A stretch of 64,000 bases of DNA from Schmidtea nova (Eukaryota): NCBI GenBank assembly GCA_044892505.1, contig CM097883.1, forward strand, positions 175,398,001-175,462,000, read 5' to 3'. The notes under the pieces were generated by a model. That model ran no database searches, was not told the DNA's origin, and saw only the letters and a list, made by a program, of their open reading frames with translations. The position numbers and the translations under genes are program-made. Shown here piece by piece: positions 40,786 to 50,547 of this stretch; position 1 is the stretch's first letter; each line of letters starts with the position of its first letter.

Positions 40786-41168
40786 TTGCTGTAAAATATC
40801 CAACAACTGCAAGTGCTCCATTCTGGAGAAATTATAATAATGGTTGAAATCCAATAAAACGATTTCCTTTGTATGAATTTGTAGAAATTTTTTTATTAAT
40901 TTCAATTCATTCAAAACTGGCTGACCATACAAACTGTGACAACTGTAAATGATTCCATTTTGTCGATTGACAGCTAAACGAATATCAAAATATCTGATTC
41001 CTTTGCTAAGCTGTTCCGAAGTATTTAAATCTTGAGTTACTGCCCATCGATATATAATTGATTTAGCAAAACGGCCGAGTAATTGCGTAAGATAAAAAAT
41101 AACGGTATTTGCGTCAGGAGAAATATTTGACGTGCGTTTAATTGAATATGTAAATGAATCATGGCAGC
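40786..41168 (-). CDS. PLCXD: PI-PLC X domain-containing protein, exon 2
   Basis: (G)CHDSFTY...RWAVTQ...EQLSKGIRYFDIR...CHSLYG...KEIVLLDFNHYY; both catalytic His retained; AG at 41169-41170; GT donor at 40785. Confidence 0.92.
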
Positions 41169-41218
41169 CTAACTGGCATTTAGACATAAAAACTAATTAT
41201 CAATCCATTAGTTCTAAC

Positions 41219-41303
41219 CAGGTATAGCCAAATCACAAATCGGTAACTTAATTAATGAATTTGGTAAATTTTCCATCCATCTGGAAAATTTGCAATTATT
41301 CAT
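41219..41303 (-). CDS. PLCXD: PI-PLC X domain-containing protein, exon 1
   Basis: MNNCKFSRWMENLPNSLIKLPICDLAIP-G (WM..LP...L..LAIPG family motif); phase-1 GT donor; 50-bp intron 1. Confidence 0.88.
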
Positions 41304-42329
41304 AACTATAATTAGCAACTATTTATTACAACTGCAAATTACAACTTAGATATTATTAAATAGTAATTTACTAAAATTGAATACATATTTTTATATTAAT
41401 TAATTTTTAAAATTTGCTCAAATTCATAACGTTTAAAGGCTATAATTAAATAAACAACTTAAAAACATTTCATAGATTACCAACCAACTAACAAATTAAT
41501 CATTTAATGTCAATATTTAAATAAAAAGCATGAAATTCTGATGTTTATACTAAAAAAGTATGTCAATTCTAATAACACAGTAGCTGTTAATTGTCGAAAT
41601 CATACTAAGAATTATACGATAAAAATTTATTTCCATGTAAAATTTATATTGTGAAGCATTTTGAGTGTTCAATCAAATTAAGAGTCTTTAATTTAAATAT
41701 CGTATATCAAAGTTTTGATTAAAATTAAAATTTATATATTTCGCTAGCGTCTGGGTAATTAAGTTACTGAAGTTTTCCGACGCGTGTAGCGTCTAACTAA
41801 CTGGATGATATCATTTCTAGGTATCAGTGGGTTTCTATTTAAAAATGAGCTTGGCCGTTTCTAAGCCTCAAAAACATCAACAACTCAACTCAACACATAA
41901 AACATTAACTAACCATCTTGTAGCCCGCGACAATCTGTTGGGCTGGTAGAATCGAAAATAAACTTTGTTTAAACCCATCAAAAATTAAATATTCACAAAA
42001 ATAAAAGTATTCAAAGCGAGCTATAACACATAAAGGTTCTAAGTAAAAATATTAGTCATACTAACCGTATTTCATAAGTCGGTTGAGATAAGGATGAAAC
42101 GATGGAAGAGGCTTCTCAGAACAATTTGAGTGCAGGTCGAATATTTATACGAAGTACCACACGAATTTTGAATGGGAAAGATCATTGCTTGTATATTGAA
42201 TACGAAAAGCATGATCAAAGAATAAAATTGTTATCGAAATAAAGAGATTAACTCATACAAATTCGTAGAAGAAGTTTCCACTAAAATATTATGTTGAGCA
42301 AAAACTAAAAATTGTTTAAATGAAGCGAT

Positions 42330-44590
42330 AAAACAGCACGTAGAGAGTGCGCAAGAAGTTAATTTAAAATTATATGGGCTAATACACCAAGTAAAACACA
42401 ATAATCACAAAGCACCGAAATAGTTGAATAAAACACGTCTAAAATTAAAATGAACAAAAGCGCATTAAGTATACACGTGTAAAACACATATATAACATAA
42501 CAACATCAATTATGTAATAAATTATAAATTAAGACAAATTAAAATATTTCTAGAAGGAAAATTTCAATTTTATCATTAAAATTCGTAAAAATATAAAATA
42601 AAATTGTTTTAGTTAAAAATGTAGCAAATTAAACTAAATTAGAAAAACTTTAATTCAAAAGTAAGATTTTGGATTAAAAATAAATTATTTAAAAATTTAT
42701 TAAAATTTTATGCAAAAATATTAATTTGATTTTGCGTGAAATTGTTAAATATTATCTTGAAAGAATCGAAAATTCCTTCTGGAACAATTTGTTTTAATAC
42801 ATCAATGGAAACAACATGCAGAACATTATATAAATTCCGCCATCAAAATGGAAGTCATTCAGGATTTGCCGGAATTTTTTTGTTAAAAATTTTGAACTGT
42901 TTTCACTGTTAGAAGATGGGCGTAGAATAAGGGTTTTAAAATTAAAATATTATACAGTAGGAAATTGAAGGTACAGAATAAATATACATGTGGATCAGAT
43001 GGCAATGACAATTCAATAATCAATGGAAAATATCAACTTCAATGACATTATGATTTTAGTGATTTTATATGATGATATTTTACTGTTGATCTCATTTGAC
43101 TTTTGTTTTATGATGATGAAAATTTTGTGATTAAGCTGGGACTATCGGCAATTTTTATTTTTGTGGGATAATTTTATTTTGTTTCTGTTAATAAAATATT
43201 GTTGACAATTAATTTTTATAATGACAATTTATCAGCATGACAATTTATAATTTGACAATTTATCATTTGTGATATTGCGAACATTTATTGACATTTTTTA
43301 TGGTGATGGACAAAATTTTATATAATTTTGAAAAAATATTTTGTTTTAAAAATATTTTATGTAAAAAATATTTTTTTTTAACTATTTGGAAAATGGATTA
43401 TATTTTCATTTATATTTTAATATTTTAATTCCATAAATTATAATAATAATAATTAAATAAATAAATAATACATATTGTTTAAATAAATCAAAAATAAATA
43501 AATTACTGTTTGTTTAAATAAATTATATTTAAGACCTACAAAGGTCAGAAAAATGAAATAATATCTCAAGGTTAAAAAATAATTTTGAAAACAATTCTGT
43601 TTTGAAAACAACTCTATTTCAAAAAACATTTTAAATCAACTCAAGAGGCAAAATAACAATCATTATTGACAGACTAAGTGCCTTAAAATTTAGTATATAA
43701 ACTGACTGATTTTTCAGTCAAATCACCTATAAAATCTTTGCGTAAGAAGAATTTCATAGTTGTTATCGTATATCGAAATAATAATTTCGAGCATACAAGA
43801 TATCGAGCTCAGAAGGCATTCACACATACACACGCATACATATATATTTACACATTATAGGAACAACATTGTGAATCTGTAATATTTTTTAGGTAATTTG
43901 TATTTGTTGTATTTGAATAAATTCTTTGAACCAGTGTTATTTTATTTATTTATATAATATACCAAGTTGAAATTCTGGGAACCTCAACATCACCAAGAAA
44001 ATTTTAAAAGAGATTCTCTTACCACCGACCGGTGTACATTGAAAACTCAATAGAACTCTGCCAAAAAATATTACTAAAAGAAGATTACTTGCAGCTGTTG
44101 TTATCTTTAGAGAACCGTTGATCGAATCGCTTTGTAAGAAATTTGATTTGGTTTTCGAATTGTAAAGGCCCGCGAAATCATGCCTTCATTATCCGGCCTT
44201 AGGTATTTTGATTCATTTTAACCTTCATCTATGTATTAGCAATGTATTATCATACGATCTACTATGTTATATATTCTTTTATGAAAATTATAATTTTTCA
44301 AGTCAAATTTTTATTTTAATTTTTGTCACATTTTCTCGCAATACTAATACCAACCATTGGTATTTATTTATTTATATGCATATCAATTATTTGTTTTTTT
44401 ATTAAAACCACTTCCATACATTCTGACATCAGTCTGGTCTCGAGCTGTACTGATGGAAGTAGCCAAAGTGGATCGCTGTTCGTTTAGTTACTGGCCAGCC
44501 TATATTTCCGCCGTAAGTGAGGCCCACACATCCATGACCACTTCATCCCATATTGAGGAACAGTGACTTGGCCAAGGGCAAGGATTTTTC
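42330..44590 (+). repeat. Dispersed repeat family Y copy, interrupted by an LTR relic
   Basis: Homology to 16000-17400 at ~42340, 42640-42880 and 44420-44585. Confidence 0.6.
43200..43989 (+). mobile_element. Decayed LTR (TGTTGAC...GGAACCTCAACA)
   Basis: Shares TCGAGCATACAA, CGAGCTCAG, GAACCAGT and its 3' end with 46422-46879; no TSD match found. Confidence 0.55.
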
Positions 44591-44814
44591 AAATTAATTA
44601 AACGGCTAGAATCCTATTACATTTTTATTAAAGTGCGATATAGTATTCGAAGACGCAAATAAATATTTTATTTATTGTGTAAGAGACAGTGAAAATAGTA
44701 GAAACATTTGAGTTAGATGAAGACTATAGCATAGGAACAAATAGATATAGGCTAAACATACACATAGCCACATCATCTAACAAGATCCCTCCCGATGAAA
44801 AGATGGAATTCAGA

Positions 44815-45000
44815 CAATAATCTATTTTATCTTTAGACAATCCTATTATGGCACAAACTCATTCAGCCTCGTGATTCAAATAACAATCTATTTTATCTCT
44901 TGACAATCCTATTATGTGACAAACTCATTCAGCCTTGTGATTCAAATAACAATCTATTTTATCTTTTGACAATTTTATTTTGTGACAAATTTATTCTGTT
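44815..45000. repeat. 66-bp minisatellite, ~3 copies
   Basis: aatctattttatc...gacaa...acaaactcattcagcc..gtgattcaaataac at 44819, 44885, 44951. Confidence 0.9.
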
Positions 45001-46421
45001 TTATCCTTTTTTAATCAATTTTATCTTTGTAGTTGTGACTGCACAGTTGTGATTGTATCAATTAAGTTAATAGGATTTATTTTATTGATTTTATATTTGG
45101 ATGGGCTTAAGTTGATGAGTGTGTGTGATGAGGAGTAGGTGTGTGTATGCTTGACAACATGAAATGGAATTCGGTTGATGATTATGGAGAATTTGATTTA
45201 AATAAATTAGTGATTGCTCATGAAAGTTATCCAATGGAATCTCGTGGAATTTCCAGAATTCCGATAAATGTCGATAAATCTACAAATCACAATAAATCGA
45301 TTTTGGCATTGATATCAGATTTTATTTCAACTCTAATTAATTTTAACAAAATGAAATTGTTGAAATTATTAAATGTTTTAACAACAACCGATTTTGTAAA
45401 TAACGTCAATTTGGTTGTTTTGGAATTCAAAAAATTTTCAACTAATGAAAACATTCAAAAGTTCTGCATGGATTTGAGAAGTAATTATTTTATTGATGTC
45501 GACCGGTTGGAAATTACCGATTTACAATTCCAAAATCTTTTCACATATTGTTTTCCAATAATCCGAATTTTGATTAGTTGAAGAAAAGTTTCGATTTTAA
45601 AGTTATCAATTATTTACTAATGGACATGGAATACTTCCAAGAAATCTGTGATGAGTTTTGCGAACTTTAGAATTTTCTTTTGAATGTCTACCAAGTCGAA
45701 TATTTTTCTATCAGCATTTTGTATTCACTTAAAAGAAAAATTAAAACATATTTGGTCTCTATCGAGAAATATCTTAATAATCAAGCTCATATTAATTTGG
45801 AAAATAATTCAGAAATTTATTAAAATTATGAATTCTGTTATAATTTATATTAGAAAATATTCAAAAAAGGTACACACAAAATTTTTTAATTGTTTTCTAC
45901 AAAAAGATTTAATTCATACTTCGATTTTTAATTTTCCTTTAGTGATATACTGTTTCATTGGATACCGTTATAGCGCTATGTAGTTTTTATATTTTTATCA
46001 GTGTGTAAATGATACTGATGATTCCCTAGCTGTTCTGATTTTGTCGACCCATTATCTTTCATAAATATAAATAGCAAATGTTGGATGTAATTTGTGTGAT
46101 TCTTATATTATACATATTATTTTGTATTATGAATTTATTCTGATTTTCCATATTTTATTAAATGTGGCCTGTTTGATACGATAATAAATTATCAGTTCAA
46201 TAATTTTGATTATAAAATGTTTATGGATGGGCTCCGCATGATAATTAGCCATTTAATCATTTGACATATTATTATAATTATTCTCATTATTTTTTCTTAT
46301 TATTATTAGTATTATTAAAATTAAAATTATTATTAGTATTATTATTGATATTACTTATTATAATTATTTGTTGTTAAAAAGAAAAAAAATTATTTCAGAA
46401 TTATTATTATTATTACCAACC

Positions 46422-46879
46422 TGTTGACAAAATCAACAGTTTAAATAGAAAGGCACTTAGTGCCAATGTAAGTAAATAAAAGGGCAGTTAGTGCCAGGAA
46501 AATGAAATAAATCAAATTAAATAAACAAAGTATGTTGACACTCCAAATGGGGTGTCAACAGAAAATTGGTATATAACCAGACTGATTTCTCAGTCTAACC
46601 ACCATTAAAATCTTACACAGTAAGAAGAATTACAAATTCGGTAAACGATTTGTAAATTAAAATCGAGCATACAAAATTTTTACATCCGAGCTCAGGAAAC
46701 TACAAGCACTTACATACACATACACTTACATACAAAATAACTAAAAATTATTATCTTTGAGGTAACTGTTTATTTTTATCAAATTGGTAAATTGTTATAA
46801 TTTAAATAAAATTTCAAAGAACCAGTCTTGTTTTTATTTATATACGAACCATCAAGTTAAGATTCTCGGAACCTCAACA
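46422..46879 (+). mobile_element. Decayed LTR homologous to 43200-43989
   Basis: TGTTGACA start, GGAACCTCAACA end, shared internal blocks. Confidence 0.55.
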
Positions 46880-47093
46880 ATAGTATTGTATTTATATTTA
46901 TTTATATCAAATTATATGACTCTTATAACGACATGAAAATTCGGAACTAATGATATAATCGAAAATGTTCATTTATCTCGTAATTCCCTTTCGCTCAATG
47001 ACCATCGTCTTTACCTCGCCGTGAAAGAAATCGCAAAGAAGTCGAAAAAATTATAAGCTCGTAAATAGCAACTCAATGAGTAATAGAAACGTC

Positions 47094-48091
47094 TGTTCGG
47101 TTCGTATCAGTGGTTTACGACGAACACAAAAAAAAATATATATATTTGATTTGATTATCGGACTCCAAACGATAATCCGCTTATATAATTATAAATAAAA
47201 TATATGTTTTAGGTTGGGTGTAAAGAAAACAAAACCTATTCTTTTTAATAAGATTTATTGCGATTTATGTATAACAATGTACAATATATTAAAATAAAAT
47301 AGCTGCAAAGCAAAAGTTAGAAAATCGGTTATTCAAACCGTCCTCAGAGTTTAAGAACGAAAGCTGGACCTAAAAGGCTCAACAGCTCCGACTAAATGAA
47401 AGGACAAAAGATGAGGGCTTTCCCGGTAGTTTAATCGCGATAGTGACAACCCAGAAATGGTTGTCACTGTGACCTAATAATTTCCCTTCTAATAATTTAT
47501 TATTTAACGAATTTACTGAAGGGGAAAAATAGTAATATAACTATTTCCCCGTGATCGATTTATAGAATTAAAGCAAACTAGAAAATTTACCAGCTAATAA
47601 AGATTATTCCAATTTCGGGAAATTATCACAAATGAAATTCAAGCTAAACTTCTCGTAATACTTCTGCCGTAAAAATTAATTTCTCCAATTCACAAATCTG
47701 TAAAACTTAGATTCTAAAATTCACTTCTGTCCAATTTATGTTTTGTAATTAGTTTAAATAGTAAAGTACTGCCTACACGGCCACGCACTAAAAGTTTACT
47801 ATTATTTTTAGTAATTCTTATTTACTATTTTTAATCTAAATTTATTATTATTATTACTATAATTAGTGTATATCTATTTAGAGCAGTTATTAATTACTAT
47901 ATTTATTTCTTTTCTATTTATAGTAATTATTTGTTACTAAAATTACTAATTAAGTATTTAATTATTACTATAATTATTATCTATCTATTTATAGTAATTC
48001 TTAATTGCTATTTATATTTATTTATTTATTTATAATATTTAATTACAAATTTATACAAAAACCCGAGATCCCTTGATCTCGAACCCTAACA
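47094..48091 (-). repeat. 3' LTR (998 bp)
   Basis: By eye identical to 60903-61903 except for a 1-nt shorter A run and one fewer TA unit. Confidence 0.97.
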
Positions 48092-48103
48092 TGTCTTCCC
48101 CCT
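48092..48103 (-). promoter_or_regulatory. Polypurine tract
   Basis: Minus strand AGGGGGAAGACA abutting the TGTT of the 3' LTR. Confidence 0.85.
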
Positions 48104-48396
48104 AACAAGATTTTCGTCCCGAAAATTAAAGCGGAAAAGGCAAGAAGGTTACGCAGCCAAAAATTAAAGAAAATAACAACACATACATATATACATAGAA
48201 TGCACTTGGCCAATAAAATAAAACAAAAATGAGTCTCATAAAACACATAATACATAAGTAATGTTAATCACAATCGATATCAAATAATAACTGTCTGTAA
48301 GCGTTGGATTGTTGATCGCATAGCCGAAATGCTAATTGTTTGATTGATAGTTGTCATAGCTTATAGCTAGACCTTGGATTGAACGTAGCAGAAATG

Positions 48397-50433
48397 CTAG
48401 TTATCCTTTGCGAATAGGTTTTGAGCTGCTCTCTTGCGAATATGCGCTTGCTCGTTCTTGATGCGATCTTCCACTATATCTGGTCTATAACTGACCACTA
48501 ATGTTTCGCGTGTTTCGACTTCCTTATATACCAAAGACGAAATCACGTATGATTTTCCGTTGGCCTCCAATACGCCATAGTAAGGGAAGTTTGAAACTGA
48601 TGATTGGTGTACCGGTTTCCCGTCGTATTCTTTTATCCGAGGTACCCAATTTCTCTCTGGTCGCTGCCAAAAACTAGGGTCTTCATTGTCCAAATCCTGG
48701 GGTGTCTTTGCTGAATTTCCTGTTCCAACGAAATCCCCTTCTCTTATAATAATAGGTTCGCCCTTAACCTCAGGAATCTGTTCCATATCGGGTGGAACGA
48801 ATGCTGTTTCGATTAAATCTTTGTCTTCCGTCGAGAGGAGATTTGGTACTTTCTTCTTGATCTTTAGATCTTGTAACCTTACAACAGGTTCTTGACTTTT
48901 CGTTGGGGGTGACTTTTCTACTGAAGTCAATTTTTTAAAAGTCTTAGTAACTTTTTCCAAGAGCTTGTTCTCTTTCTTTGGTGGATTTTCTGGCACGATC
49001 TTTGTAATTGTACGGCTGTCTCCGTGTAAAGTTAAACGCATCTCTGTTTGCTCCTCACCCTCGCTTTCGCAGGTGGCGTAATCGTCTTCATCAGCTAAGG
49101 ATATAGCTGGAGGGGATAGTGATTCTTCCTCAACTATCTTTTGCAATTTGGTTGATAATGGTTGTTCCTGGGGTAAGCTCTCAATAGCTTTCCTTTTACT
49201 CGTTTCTTGTGGCTGTATTGTATGAACCATTTTGACTTCTGATGTAATTGTCCCACTACGATTACCTGGGGTAATGTCATCTACCCAAACTTCTCTCAGT
49301 TTAAGGTAAATATTACGTGTCGTTTCCACGTCATTTTCCGTTTTCAGATCTGAACGGTTTAGTTCTTCCTTTTCGAGAATTGACTTTGATAAATACGCGA
49401 GTCGATAATGTCCGTTACATTTCTTTAGTTCTCTCGCTTCCAGGCATTTTGCTGCTCCTAGTTCCCTAATGCCCAAAACTCGTTGAGGGTGTAACTGGAC
49501 TGCTTCCAAGAAATCGTTGACTTGGAGACCTATTAGAATTTTCCCGTCACATAATTTTCTAATACGGTCTGCACAATCCTCTCCATCAAATTGTCCAATG
49601 ATTTCTTTTTCGGTCATACCATGCGCGTGCGATTGGTAATGTTTGACCTGGTTTCTGGGTGTAACCACCGTGTTTAATATTAAATCACCACAGTAGTTTG
49701 CTACCGAAACAGCCACCAAAGCTGGCTTTAAATAATCTCGCAAAGTTGCGTAATGCGCTGCAACAAAAATTGACAATCTATCTTCTTGATTGGGGTGCAG
49801 ATTCATCCGAACAAAGGATTTGAATGATTTGAGATCGTTCTCATTCACATTATAGGTCCAGGCAGGCTCATTTTTCCACAATGATTGCACTGCCTTGCTG
49901 GGTTCCAAAATCTCTAATACCACAATAGTATTATATCCGTCACATTGGATGGAGATATTCTTTTCTCTGCCATCTCCGTTACTAATTTCTAGAGTTGATT
50001 CTGGTTGAAGTAGGATGGGTCCTGTGGCTCCTGCCATGAAGATTGTAAAGGGTTTATTGATCGCGTGAATCAGGAGATGGTGAGTAAATGTTGATCTGTT
50101 AAATTCCGCCATGTGTTCAGTCAACCGGGTGTTCTCACGGCTGGTGATTGTGACTATGCACATTTGTCTCTTAGGTGATCCAAGAAACTTAAAATTGTTC
50201 GGGATGCCGGTGCAGTGCCCGTAATACCAATAGCGACGACCTTTCCGTGCCTCTGCGGATATCGCTTTTTCGATGTTTCGATAAATCAGTTTTTCCTTCT
50301 GTATTGTTTGCACATCGATAGTGCTGTAACGCTGCTTGTATTGTGACACTTGATGCTTCATATCTGAAAGAAAAATAATTAACGTTAATATCAGATATAC
50401 TGATATGCCAATATTGGCTAAAAAGAAATGCAT
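48397..50433 (-). CDS. ORF3 accessory protein (probable start ATG 50361, 654 aa): degenerate DEDDh exonuclease plus other domains
   Basis: ALVAVSVANYCGDLILNTVVTP...HGM...GKILIG...L..L...IL...ENDVETTRNIY follows the REX4/ISG20-type pattern; TTTTTCTTTCAG acceptor 2 nt before ATG 50361. Confidence 0.85.
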   Translation of the reverse strand: MHFFLANIGISVYLILTLIIFLSDMKHQVSQYKQRYSTIDVQTIQKEKLIYRNIEKAISAEARKGRRYWYYGHCTGIPNNFKFLGSPKRQMCIVTITSRENTRLTEHMAEFNRSTFTHHLLIHAINKPFTIFMAGATGPILLQPESTLEISNGDGREKNISIQCDGYNTIVVLEILEPSKAVQSLWKNEPAWTYNVNENDLKSFKSFVRMNLHPNQEDRLSIFVAAHYATLRDYLKPALVAVSVANYCGDLILNTVVTPRNQVKHYQSHAHGMTEKEIIGQFDGEDCADRIRKLCDGKILIGLQVNDFLEAVQLHPQRVLGIRELGAAKCLEARELKKCNGHYRLAYLSKSILEKEELNRSDLKTENDVETTRNIYLKLREVWVDDITPGNRSGTITSEVKMVHTIQPQETSKRKAIESLPQEQPLSTKLQKIVEEESLSPPAISLADEDDYATCESEGEEQTEMRLTLHGDSRTITKIVPENPPKKENKLLEKVTKTFKKLTSVEKSPPTKSQEPVVRLQDLKIKKKVPNLLSTEDKDLIETAFVPPDMEQIPEVKGEPIIIREGDFVGTGNSAKTPQDLDNEDPSFWQRPERNWVPRIKEYDGKPVHQSSVSNFPYYGVLEANGKSYVISSLVYKEVETRETLVVSYRPDIVEDRIKNEQAHIRKRAAQNLFAKDN

Positions 50434-50547
50434 AAATCTCGATTTACGGGATCTACTTATGCTGTAAGTTAATGCTACTCGGAGCTCAACAAGATTATAG
50501 ATTTTAATATATATATAAATACAAATATGCGATTTTATCTGTAATTG

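Noticed and set aside
45141-45983. 146-aa and 99-aa AT-rich ORFs between LTR relics
   Set aside because: No recognisable motifs; composition fits chance ORFs or decayed TE
50362-50433. Hydrophobic N-terminus of ORF3 as a signal peptide
   Set aside because: It coincides with the T-rich tract of a strong TTTCAG acceptor and is more likely intronic, though not excluded
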